Shown here: in pieces, positions 26,679 to 35,144 of the stretch
Position numbering within the stretch: position 1 is the first letter of the stretch
Layout: every line of letters begins with the position of its first letter
IMG/VR virus record: IMGVR_UViG_3300017911_002314
Coordinates: 1-35,144 of that record
Source: a virus
Lineage: Duplodnaviria > Caudoviricetes
Length of the DNA: 35,144 nucleotides
Strand: one strand, 5' to 3'
Made by a program: the position numbers and the translations under genes
Notes under the pieces: generated by a model
The model's input: the letters and a program-made list of their open reading frames with translations, nothing else
The model's database searches: none
Told to the model about the DNA's origin: nothing

Positions 26679-26735
26679 GGAAAAAATTTTACTTGAATTT
26701 TCTTAAGAGATTTGCGACTATAATCGTAGTTAGGT

Positions 26736-27323
26736 ATGGACGATGGAACTACTGACCCAGAATTAACCAACATGATCAAGGAAGAAGATCATGAGGAAGC
26801 ATTAAATATTCTTATATGCAGACACTCTGGTATCTACATCGACATGGTTAGAAGATATGCGTCGAAGTCCCTTCCCGCTAATGATATAGCAGACATTATC
26901 AATGACAAAGATTACGTAATCTATAAGGCGGCTTTAGATTATGACGAGAATAAAGCCAAGTTTTCGACTCATGTTGGGAATAAAGCAAAATACCTTTGCT
27001 TAAGCAAGAAGACCGCTAGAAAAAAGAGCAGTAATATTATTAATTTTGACTCTATCGATTATTCAGAGGAGTCTAGCGAACTGCATCCAGATGAAAGTTG
27101 TGAGATCAAAGAGAGTTTTTCCTCAGTTTTTGATCTGATAAACAATCATCGCGATGAAAGAGTAAAAATTATTTTTAAAGAGCGATATTTTGGGGGAGAG
27201 AGGGGCAAGCTTGAAACTTGGAAGAACATTGGAGACAAGATAGGCATCTCTGCTCAAGGATGTATAAACATACACGATAAAACATTAGAAGAATTTAAAA
27301 AGCAAATTAAAAAAAATGCATAA
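26736..27323 (+). CDS. Phage sigma70-family factor (regions 2 and 4)
   Basis: RHSGIYIDMVRRY; AALDYDENKAKFSTHV (region 2); IFKERYF...TWKNIGDKIGISAQGCINIHDKTLEEFK (region 4 HTH). Confidence 0.78.
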   Translation: MDDGTTDPELTNMIKEEDHEEALNILICRHSGIYIDMVRRYASKSLPANDIADIINDKDYVIYKAALDYDENKAKFSTHVGNKAKYLCLSKKTARKKSSNIINFDSIDYSEESSELHPDESCEIKESFSSVFDLINNHRDERVKIIFKERYFGGERGKLETWKNIGDKIGISAQGCINIHDKTLEEFKKQIKKNA

Positions 27324-28398
27324 ACTCAACTTTGATGCGCCGTTAAACTCTTTAAGTTTGGGAAATGTTTCACTAAACTTTTTAAGAGAGCTAAAGAAAA
27401 AAAATATATATCTAAATATTTTTCCCATTGGTAATTTAGATTTTTCTGCATTCGACAAACTTTCTGAAGAAGACGAAAATTTAATTAAAGATAATGCAAG
27501 TAGCTCCCTTAAACGGCTAGACAGATCAACGCCAACTCTAAAAGTCTGGCATATTAACGGCTCTGAGAAAAAGATTGGAGACAGTCAATTTTTATATACT
27601 TTTTATGAAGTAGACTCTCCTACAGAAGAAGAGGTCAATATTGTAAAAGCGCAAAACCACGTTTTCTTTTCTTGTTCTGAGGCGGCTGAAGCATTCAAGG
27701 AGAAAGGATGCGATAATGTTTCTTACGTTCCACTTGGGTTCGACCCAGATTTCCATAAAACAGATAAAGAATACCTTGGGGATGATGTCATTCACTTCGG
27801 ATTGATTGGTAAAATGGAGCGCAGAAAAAACACTCAAGCTCTCATTCAGCTATGGTGTAATAAATTTGGCAATAACCCAAGATATCAACTAACCTGCTTG
27901 GTAGGCAACCCGTTCATAAAACAAGAGCAAATGAACCAATTGATTGCTCAATCTATGAATAATCAAAAATATTCAAATGTAAACTTCTTGCCTCGACTAA
28001 AAACCAATAGTGAAGTCAACGACTTGATCAATTCTATCGACATTGACTTATCAGGCTTATCAAATGGAGAGGGTTGGAACTTACCAGCGTTCAATGCAAC
28101 CGCTCTTGGGAAATGGTCAGTGGTTAGTAATTGCAGCTCTCACAAAGATTGGGCTAATGAAAAAAATGCGTTACTAGTAAACCCTGTAGGGAAGCAGCCT
28201 TGCTATGATAATATTTTCTTCTTTGAAGGTTCTAAATTTAACCAAGGCGAATATTACAGACTTCACGGGGAACACATCTCAGCAGCAATAGACCAAACTG
28301 TTCAAATAGCTAAATCAGAAAACACAGAAGGATTGAAGCTACAAGAAGAGTTCACTTACGAAAAGACTGTCGAAAAAATTCTAGAGAAGATTTATTAA
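27316..28398 (+). CDS. GT4-like glycosyltransferase
   Basis: VPLGFD, GKMERRKN and GEGWNLPAFNATALG. Confidence 0.8.
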   Translation: MHKLNFDAPLNSLSLGNVSLNFLRELKKKNIYLNIFPIGNLDFSAFDKLSEEDENLIKDNASSSLKRLDRSTPTLKVWHINGSEKKIGDSQFLYTFYEVDSPTEEEVNIVKAQNHVFFSCSEAAEAFKEKGCDNVSYVPLGFDPDFHKTDKEYLGDDVIHFGLIGKMERRKNTQALIQLWCNKFGNNPRYQLTCLVGNPFIKQEQMNQLIAQSMNNQKYSNVNFLPRLKTNSEVNDLINSIDIDLSGLSNGEGWNLPAFNATALGKWSVVSNCSSHKDWANEKNALLVNPVGKQPCYDNIFFFEGSKFNQGEYYRLHGEHISAAIDQTVQIAKSENTEGLKLQEEFTYEKTVEKILEKIY

Positions 28399-28399
28399 A

Positions 28400-28783
28400 A
28401 TGCCAATCTATATATTCAAACATCCAGAGACAGAAGAATACAAGGAAATCGTTCAAACCATGAATGAGAACCATGTGTATGTTGACGAATCTGGACTAGA
28501 ATGGAAAAGAGTTTTCACTATTCCCAACGCAACAATCGACACTAAAGATGACGCTTGGGATCACAATGGTTTTGTAGAAAAAACTGGCAAAATGAAAGGG
28601 ACGGTGGGAGACGTCTTAGATTATTCTTCAGAATTATCTGCGAGAAGAGCAGAAGCTAACGGAGGAGAAGATCCAGTCAAAAGAAATGCTTTTAATGACT
28701 ACGAAAAAAGAGTAGGCAAGAAGCACATGTCGGATAAAAAGAAGACTATTGAAACTTCCAAGATAAAAATAGATCTTGATTAG
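28400..28783 (+). CDS. Hypothetical protein with FmdB-like N-terminus lacking cysteines
   Basis: MPIYIF...KRVF pattern; starts 1 nt after the upstream stop. Confidence 0.65.
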   Translation: MPIYIFKHPETEEYKEIVQTMNENHVYVDESGLEWKRVFTIPNATIDTKDDAWDHNGFVEKTGKMKGTVGDVLDYSSELSARRAEANGGEDPVKRNAFNDYEKRVGKKHMSDKKKTIETSKIKIDLD

Positions 28784-29718
28784 ATCACTTCGTATAGCCC
28801 ACTAAAGGCAATACAACCAGTAAAAGTGGGTGCGGTAAATACTAAGTAAGCGTCATCCTGTCCAGTCACAATATGTCCAGTGACAATAGCTTCAGAGTCA
28901 ATATCTCCAGTTAAAATATTTTTCAAAAGAGGAGTGCCACCGACTAAGTCATCAGCTTTATCAGTTACTTCTGAAGTGGTATCATGGATAATTCTTGTTC
29001 CCACCCAATGATCTGACACAGCATCTCCACTGTCATCTAGAGTTACAGTATCTCCAAAAACAGTAGCACCAGCAACATCAAGAGTCCCACCAATATCAAC
29101 ATTTCCAGCGAATTCAGAATTTCCAGTAACACCTAGAGTTCCACTAAAAATCCCAGAGTGACTTGAATCAACATTCAAATGAGAACTGAGGTAAACATCA
29201 TCTCCATTGAATTGAACATCTCCATTTTCAAACGTGATGCCACTTCCGAAAGAAACTAACAGAGAATGATTGGTGCTATTAGTTACTGCTGTTTCATGGT
29301 CAGCTAATATCACCGACCCTGTAATTTGGTCATCAAAAGACACCCCATCTCCAGCCAAAATTGTATTATTTCGACCACTTGCCCCAAAACTAACTGACTC
29401 TCCATTGAGGAGAGTATTAAATGTTCCTGAAAAATCAGTTGTAGATGTGCCATTAACTAAAACATTACTAGTTCCTGAAACAATGTTGTTTGTTCCAGCT
29501 AAAGCAATTGAACTAGATGAAAATGAATTCGAAATTGGAGTGGTAAGAAGAGTTTCTGCCGAACTAACGCTAAGTTCAGTAATTGTTATTGGGCCAGCAA
29601 TACTTCTCTGCAAATTGATCTGAACTCCAGTTGACAAATCAGTAAATGACAAATCACCACTAGGACTAGTAAAAGTGGGTAATTGTAATTGTTGTGGTTG
29701 AATTTTAGTAAATGCCAT
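28780..29718 (-). CDS. Probable virion structural/fibre-like protein
   Basis: S/T/G/N-rich, low-charge, beta-repeat-like segments (GTLGVTGNSEFAGNVDIGGTLDVAGATVF); lies opposite to its neighbours. Confidence 0.5.
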   Translation of the reverse strand: MAFTKIQPQQLQLPTFTSPSGDLSFTDLSTGVQINLQRSIAGPITITELSVSSAETLLTTPISNSFSSSSIALAGTNNIVSGTSNVLVNGTSTTDFSGTFNTLLNGESVSFGASGRNNTILAGDGVSFDDQITGSVILADHETAVTNSTNHSLLVSFGSGITFENGDVQFNGDDVYLSSHLNVDSSHSGIFSGTLGVTGNSEFAGNVDIGGTLDVAGATVFGDTVTLDDSGDAVSDHWVGTRIIHDTTSEVTDKADDLVGGTPLLKNILTGDIDSEAIVTGHIVTGQDDAYLVFTAPTFTGCIAFSGLYEVI

Positions 29719-29756
29719 GCTACAATAGATTATCTAAATAAGAATACACTTTTTCT

Positions 29757-30335
29757 ATGAAATTTACACTTTATAAGCCAAATGCAAAAAACACAGGTTC
29801 AGCTTTTACCTTCGACTGTACCAAAGATCGGAATGGCAAGCCTGTTCTTTTTGTATCAATGATTCTACAGCATAGCTGGAATGATGAGCGAAAAACAGGT
29901 TCATTCAAAGAAAATGCCAAAAATCCAGAAAAATCTACTACAATTAAGCTGACAGAGATTGAAGCTGGTGAGTTTCTGTCTTGCATGAAGACTCGTATTC
30001 CCTTCGTGGGGTTCCACAAAACAGAAGATAAAACCACGATTATTAAACTCACTCCTTGGGATAAGAATCGAATTATCAAAAACAAAGAAGGCCAAGAAAC
30101 ATTTAAGTCTCCAGCTTGGGGGCTAACAGTTACAAAAAACTCCTCACAATTCTTTAAATTGCCAATTGAGGCTGGAGAATCGGAGTGTCTAGCTATTTTG
30201 CTTGAGGGCTACATCAAAGAGAGCCTGATTGCTCAATCAGAAGCTTACAAACAAGATCAGCCACAAAAAACTTACCAAAAACCCGCACCTAAAGCGTCCG
30301 TAGTCGAGGACGATGACGATGATGTCCCATTCTAA
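29757..30335 (+). CDS. Putative single-stranded DNA-binding protein
   Basis: Disordered linker and C-terminal EDDDDDVPF matching the bacterial SSB C-terminal motif. Confidence 0.6.
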   Translation: MKFTLYKPNAKNTGSAFTFDCTKDRNGKPVLFVSMILQHSWNDERKTGSFKENAKNPEKSTTIKLTEIEAGEFLSCMKTRIPFVGFHKTEDKTTIIKLTPWDKNRIIKNKEGQETFKSPAWGLTVTKNSSQFFKLPIEAGESECLAILLEGYIKESLIAQSEAYKQDQPQKTYQKPAPKASVVEDDDDDVPF

Positions 30336-32031
30336 AATTAAAGTCCTAGTTCAATCTAATTATTCCCGCATGGTAACGGGGTTTGGGAAGAACATGAAAA
30401 ATGTTCTTCTCGCTCTTTACCGTGATCCTGATATTGAAGTTGTAGAAGCTGCCAATGGAGTGCCATATGGCAGGAACATTAACACACCTTGGGAATCCTA
30501 TGGGACATACCCTTCAGATCAAAATATCTTGAGTAAGATAGAGAAGGAACCAGCAAGAAAGAGGGCTGCTCAATATGGCTTCTATACAATTGATAAAATT
30601 GTAGAACAAGTAAAGCCTGATGTTTTCTTGGGCATCGAAGATGTCTGGGCGTTTAGGGAATATGAGAAAAAATCTTGGTGGAATGAGACAAAAAAAATAA
30701 TCTGGACAACCTTGGATAGTTTGCCGATTTTAGACCAAGCTCTCGACATTGAGCCTAAATGCGACCAAATGTTAGTTTGGGCCAGCTTCGCTGAAGAAGC
30801 AATGAAACAGCTTGGACACGATACTGTAGAAACAGTCCACGGTGCTGTTGACTACAGTCATTTCAAACCATTGGAGAATAAAGATGAACTCAGGAAGCTT
30901 CATGGCCTTGATGATAGTTTTGTTATTGGGTTTGTATTTAAAAACCAACTAAGAAAGTCTGTCCCAAATCTTTTAGAAGGATTTAAAAAATTTAAAGCAA
31001 AAAACCCCGACCTAAAAGCTAAACTTCTTCTGCATACCGATTGGGGAGAAAAACAACACGGATGGGATATCCCAAGATACTTAAAAGAAAAAGATCTTGA
31101 AGATGGAAGCGTCTTAGCAACTTATGTTTGCCATAAATGTGATGATTACTTTATCCAACCATATTTCGGAGAAGACAAAGATTGCTCGTCCTGTGGTTCA
31201 AAAGAATCAGTAAAAACAAAAAACAGCGGTAAAGGTGTCGGAGAAAAAGAGTTGAACGAAATCTACAACATGATGGACGTTTACTGCCACCCATTTACAA
31301 GTGGAGGGCAGGAGCTACCAATTCAAGAAGCTAAGGCTGCTGGACTAATAACCCTTGTCACAGACTATTCTTGTGGCACTGACTCCGCATATGAGCATCA
31401 AGGCGGTATTCCTTTAGCTTGGAATGAATATAGAGAACCAAGCACTCAGTTTATCAAAGCCACAACGTGTCCAGATAGCATCTGCGAAAGACTACAACAG
31501 GTTTACGAGATGGATGAAGAATCCAAGAACAACCTTATCGAAACTGGTAAGAAATATGTTCAAGAAAAGTTCTCTGTACAAAACACTGTGGATAGATTAA
31601 AACATTTTATCAAATCAGTTGAGTTAAGAACAAAAAAGGACGAGGAGAAAAAAGAGCCAGAAAATCCTAAGCCAAAACTAGAAGACTTCTTAAAAGACGT
31701 TCCCCTCAAAGATAGACTTGCAGTTATCCTTCCAAGATCAGCGGGAGATGTTTTAATGGCGAACTCCCTGATGGAAAACCTACAAAACCTCTATCCTGAC
31801 AAAAAAATATTTTTTGTTACTCAACCAGAATTTTACGACCTAATCAACGACAATCCTTTCGTTCACAAAGTGATACCATATTCAGATTCTCTTGAGAACA
31901 TGTATGTCCTTGAAGGCAGGGGTAACCACGAAGGCTTGTTTGATATTGCCTTCTTACCTCATTGTATGACCCAAAAAACATACAGCTACAACCACAACGG
32001 GAAAGACAAAATCCAATTTAAATTAAGATGA
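30313..32031 (+). CDS. GT4-like glycosyltransferase with Zn-ribbon insertion, fused to a GT9 N-terminal domain
   Basis: TGFG, KNQLRKS, CHKC...CSSC, GGQELPIQEAKAAG; C-terminal PRSAGDVLMA...YPDKKIFFVT...DNPFVHKVI. The start may be the ATG at 30322. Confidence 0.8.
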   Translation: MTMMSHSKIKVLVQSNYSRMVTGFGKNMKNVLLALYRDPDIEVVEAANGVPYGRNINTPWESYGTYPSDQNILSKIEKEPARKRAAQYGFYTIDKIVEQVKPDVFLGIEDVWAFREYEKKSWWNETKKIIWTTLDSLPILDQALDIEPKCDQMLVWASFAEEAMKQLGHDTVETVHGAVDYSHFKPLENKDELRKLHGLDDSFVIGFVFKNQLRKSVPNLLEGFKKFKAKNPDLKAKLLLHTDWGEKQHGWDIPRYLKEKDLEDGSVLATYVCHKCDDYFIQPYFGEDKDCSSCGSKESVKTKNSGKGVGEKELNEIYNMMDVYCHPFTSGGQELPIQEAKAAGLITLVTDYSCGTDSAYEHQGGIPLAWNEYREPSTQFIKATTCPDSICERLQQVYEMDEESKNNLIETGKKYVQEKFSVQNTVDRLKHFIKSVELRTKKDEEKKEPENPKPKLEDFLKDVPLKDRLAVILPRSAGDVLMANSLMENLQNLYPDKKIFFVTQPEFYDLINDNPFVHKVIPYSDSLENMYVLEGRGNHEGLFDIAFLPHCMTQKTYSYNHNGKDKIQFKLR

Positions 32032-33137
32032 GCCACTTAGTAGAAGTTTACGCAAAAGATTTGGGGGTTAAGATTGGCGAACCCCATTTTAAGCCTCATT
32101 TCTTTCCTATTCTTGATGAGAATTATATCACCATTCACAATGACAATAAAGTTCAATCTAAAGAATATGATTATTGGGAGGAAGTGATTAACTTAGTAAA
32201 AAAAGAAGCTCCTGAAATAAACTTCATTCAAGTGGGATCTGGTAAAGAGCCAAAGATTAAAAACGTTACAAAGTTTATCGCTACTCCTAGTATCAAGCAG
32301 TCAGCTTACATAATCAAAAATGGCCTAATGCATGTTGGGACAGATAGCTTGCCAGTTCATATTGCTTCGTCTTTTGACAAGCCTATTGTTTCAATATACG
32401 CACATACATACGCCTCTACTTGTGGCCCAGTTTGGGGGACAAAAAAGAATCATACAGTAATCGAATCTCATAGAGATGGGAAGAAGCCATCCTACTCTCT
32501 AAAAGAAAACCCAAAACAAATTAACTTAATCAAACCAGAAGAAATAGCTAACGCTATTTTAAAGAAATTACACAAAAAGAAAAGCTCTAGAAAAACACTC
32601 TTCACTGGTAGTAAATACAAAGAAGAGTTTATGCATGTTATACCAGACAACAAGTATGCATTATCTTCGAAGAGAGTGGTTCTTAGATTTGATTTACTTC
32701 ACAATGAAGAAAACACTCTTCATTTATTCAAAGATAACCAAGTTTCAATCGTCACAAACAAACCATTATCAGACGCAATTTTAAATCAAAAAAACATCAA
32801 TTGTATCAACTACTTTTCTGATTGCTTCGATTCTGATTTTATCGAACAAGCTAAAAAGAAAGGGGTTACTCTAAGACTGTTTGGAACAAACGAAGAAACA
32901 CTTAATGAAGAAAGATACAAGTTCTTCGACGAACAGATAGCACTCATCGACGAACTCAAGAAAATAAAAGAAAATAAAAAGCAAGTCAAACTTCCAAAGA
33001 AAAATTTTAAGATAAAATCTTACACAATCTACATGAAGAACGGTCAAGCATATCATTCTCTTTTTGAGGCTAATGGAAAAGAAAACTTAGATGATATTTT
33101 CGTTGACCTAGACAAGCTTATGATTTATACTGATTGA
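32028..33137 (+). CDS. GT9 C-terminal-domain protein with an extra C-terminal domain
   Basis: SKEYDYWEEV, IQVG and HVGTDSLPVHIASSFDKPIVSIY. Confidence 0.75.
   Translation: MSHLVEVYAKDLGVKIGEPHFKPHFFPILDENYITIHNDNKVQSKEYDYWEEVINLVKKEAPEINFIQVGSGKEPKIKNVTKFIATPSIKQSAYIIKNGLMHVGTDSLPVHIASSFDKPIVSIYAHTYASTCGPVWGTKKNHTVIESHRDGKKPSYSLKENPKQINLIKPEEIANAILKKLHKKKSSRKTLFTGSKYKEEFMHVIPDNKYALSSKRVVLRFDLLHNEENTLHLFKDNQVSIVTNKPLSDAILNQKNINCINYFSDCFDSDFIEQAKKKGVTLRLFGTNEETLNEERYKFFDEQIALIDELKKIKENKKQVKLPKKNFKIKSYTIYMKNGQAYHSLFEANGKENLDDIFVDLDKLMIYTD
33103..33131 (+). promoter_or_regulatory. sigma70-type leaderless promoter
   Basis: TTGACC-17-TATACT, then 7 nt to the ATG at 33139. Confidence 0.65.
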
Positions 33138-33138
33138 G

Positions 33139-33921
33139 ATGAGTGAAGAGAAAATTTACGGCCCTGATCTTTACAAGCGTAATGAACATGGACTTTTAGA
33201 AAATGCAGAATACGAATTTAATGAAGACGGTTCTGTAGATTGGAGATCTATGATTAAATCAGAGTTTCTTTACCCTAATAAGGATTGGTTTGAAGCTCGC
33301 AAGAAAGATGTTCCCACTTCACCAGAAGGTTTAGATGACAAACAGCTACTAATTATGCTAGGAGGCATTAAGGAGTTAGCTAGACTTAGGGGCTTTGAAA
33401 GCGTTTCTTTCAAAACTGATCACCTTAACGATACTTATGTTGTGGCTAGTTGTGAGATTGTCTGGTCCCCTAACTATGAAAGTGACAACAAGACCGTGGT
33501 TTATCAAGATGTAGCTAATGCAACATTTCAAAATACGGGTTCTTTTGCCGCGAAGTTTTTAGAAACTATTGCCTGTAATAGAGCTTTTGTGAGGTGTGTT
33601 CGTAACTTTCTAAACATTCACATTGTTGGAGCTGATGAGATTGACAAATCAAAAGGAGCAGTAAACTCATACTCAGTTGAGTCTTCTAGTGATGAAAACG
33701 TAGGAGCTATTCTTTCTCCTCATGCGAGACTATTCCAAGACTGGCAAGATATTACTGGTGGAGGAAATAATTTTGAAGACTTCAAACAAGGAACTTTGCG
33801 CTCTCTGTGGAAACAGGCAATTTATCAAAATGAAGATGCTCAAAACTGGAATGACTTTAACGACATCCCAGTTAAAGAAGCTCGCAAAATAAGAGCTGCT
33901 CTTAAAAAATTACAATCCTAA
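33139..33921 (+). CDS. Putative Rad52/Sak-like single-strand annealing protein
   Basis: GGIKELA, beta-strands, then ETIACNRAFVRCVRNFLNI...DEI, resembling the AETRAxxRA helix of Rad52-superfamily proteins. Confidence 0.45.
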   Translation: MSEEKIYGPDLYKRNEHGLLENAEYEFNEDGSVDWRSMIKSEFLYPNKDWFEARKKDVPTSPEGLDDKQLLIMLGGIKELARLRGFESVSFKTDHLNDTYVVASCEIVWSPNYESDNKTVVYQDVANATFQNTGSFAAKFLETIACNRAFVRCVRNFLNIHIVGADEIDKSKGAVNSYSVESSSDENVGAILSPHARLFQDWQDITGGGNNFEDFKQGTLRSLWKQAIYQNEDAQNWNDFNDIPVKEARKIRAALKKLQS

Positions 33922-35142
33922 GAAGTTTTTCTGTCTAGCAGAAAACTTAACATGGCTATTGTTGGCCGTGCTTACTTTTTGACCAGAACTGATAAGTAAT
34001 TGCTCGTCAGGTTTCAGTAGCTTAACTGTTGATTCTTGAATTGTTGTAGTTACTCCAGAGCTGCCCAGCTTAATACTTAATCCAGAAAGCGTAATAGAAA
34101 AAGTGTTTGGTAAACTAAGCCCCACAATAGTCCTGCTGGAAGTTTTTTGAGTTTGAGTATTAGATTGCCTTGCGGCAAAGTTAGCGACTTCTAGAGCTTT
34201 AATGTCAGAGATTTTTCCATTCTTGACATCAAGAGTTATAGGACTTAGCTCATGACCTGAAGCTCCGTTCGGTTTAACGTTAAAGTATTTAATATCAAAT
34301 CTTTCTGCTATCTCTGAGAGTCTTTCAGCCGCAGCATCAAGACTTGCTTGTCTACGCGCTCTTGCTTCTTCTTGCTCTCTGCTTTCGTCAGTTTCCTCTT
34401 CATCTGTTGGTTGCTTAACCCTAGTGTAGTAAGCTTTTGATGTATTTGGAGCGTCTCTAGAAAGTTCTGCAATATTGTTAAACATTATTGCTGATTTGTT
34501 TATCAAGCTCTCAGCTTTTTGCTCAAATTCAGGAGAGAACGCGAAAAAGTTTTCTTTAGTGTGAGGGTTGCTTATGAAAATAAAATTTTCTTCATTAACA
34601 AATTCATAGTCGAAATCCTCTTTCTTTTTACCCGCAGATTGTCTTTGGTTGTCTTTTGTAATTCCAACGAATCCATAATCTCCTCCAACACCAGAAGAGT
34701 CTGAATTATCGAATAAATCACTTAGATTTTTATCTCCAAAACCATTTAATTCCAATATTGATTGTAAAGTCTGAAGCCCGTCCACTTCTGAAACTTTGGT
34801 TTGTGTAATGTCAAAGGGGCCAGAAATACTCATATCTGAGTTTCCCCATTGCATTCTCCTAGCTTTGTATCTTGAGAATTTATTTGATACATAAATCGAA
34901 GAAGATATTAAATCAAAAAAATCTTTAATACTTCTGAATATCTTATTTCTAGATGGGTTTACTAATCTTTTATTGTCAGTTATTCCTTCCACTTCGGTAG
35001 TAGACGACACATATTTCCCAGTTTCTAAATTAAATTGCCCATCAAAATTTTTCTTCATATACTCTTGAACTGATGTCCCTGCAACGAATTTTCCCCACGC
35101 TCCTACGTTTGCGTTATGAAGTCTATCTGCGTTCTTCCAATT
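33910..35142 (-). CDS. C-terminal part of a larger hypothetical (possibly structural) protein, partial
   Basis: The frame stays open from the ATG at 35058 to the window edge, so the true start probably lies outside the window. Confidence 0.7.
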   Translation of the reverse strand, partial: NWKNADRLHNANVGAWGKFVAGTSVQEYMKKNFDGQFNLETGKYVSSTTEVEGITDNKRLVNPSRNKIFRSIKDFFDLISSSIYVSNKFSRYKARRMQWGNSDMSISGPFDITQTKVSEVDGLQTLQSILELNGFGDKNLSDLFDNSDSSGVGGDYGFVGITKDNQRQSAGKKKEDFDYEFVNEENFIFISNPHTKENFFAFSPEFEQKAESLINKSAIMFNNIAELSRDAPNTSKAYYTRVKQPTDEEETDESREQEEARARRQASLDAAAERLSEIAERFDIKYFNVKPNGASGHELSPITLDVKNGKISDIKALEVANFAARQSNTQTQKTSSRTIVGLSLPNTFSITLSGLSIKLGSSGVTTTIQESTVKLLKPDEQLLISSGQKVSTANNSHVKFSARQKNFLGL

Positions 35143-35144
35143 AT

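Noticed and set aside
26693-26724. sigma70 promoter TTGAAT...TATAAT for the sigma gene
   Set aside because: The spacer is 20 nt, too long; the -10 box may be real but the pair is not supported.
29270-29623. Antisense 117-aa ORF
   Set aside because: Explained by the low-complexity codon use of the S/T/G-rich gene on the other strand.
1-35144. Stop-codon reassignment, tRNA/rRNA genes, IS elements, introns
   Set aside because: Conserved genes are intact under code 11 with all three stops used; no RNA gene, transposase or intron-like interruption was recognised.

Overview
This window looks like part of a large dsDNA bacteriophage genome (standard genetic code, dense genes, many ATGA/TAATG overlaps, few Shine-Dalgarno sites). 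The host is probably Gram-negative: there is a PEP-CTERM-like protein and a lipoprotein/spanin-like pair. Main blocks: (1) 1-3.8 kb: PEP-CTERM-like protein, spanin-like overlapping pair, HldD/RfaD epimerase and small ORFs. (2) 3.9-15.8 kb: a Clp-type AAA+ ATPase and a replication/recombination module with DnaE split into three genes (PHP / DEDDh exonuclease / polymerase core), a PD-(D/E)XK nuclease, primase, DnaB helicase, endonuclease and RecA-like recombinase. (3) 15.9-23.1 kb: an 11-gene glycan synthesis and decoration cluster (gmd, short DegT, FkbM, sulfotransferase-like, SAM MTase, cupin, GT11, GT25, propeller-like, GT9-like, GT2). (4) Hsp20 and a class Id-like ribonucleotide reductase. 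(5) A structured 270-bp intergenic region at the strand switch, with 26-bp periodic palindromic repeats, an AT-rich hairpin and a GCGAAGC mini-hairpin (candidate origin). (6) A sigma-like factor, more glycosyltransferases including an apparently split GT9, SSB-like and annealing-like proteins, and two probable structural genes on the opposite strand. All calls come from motif recognition by eye; no database searches were run.
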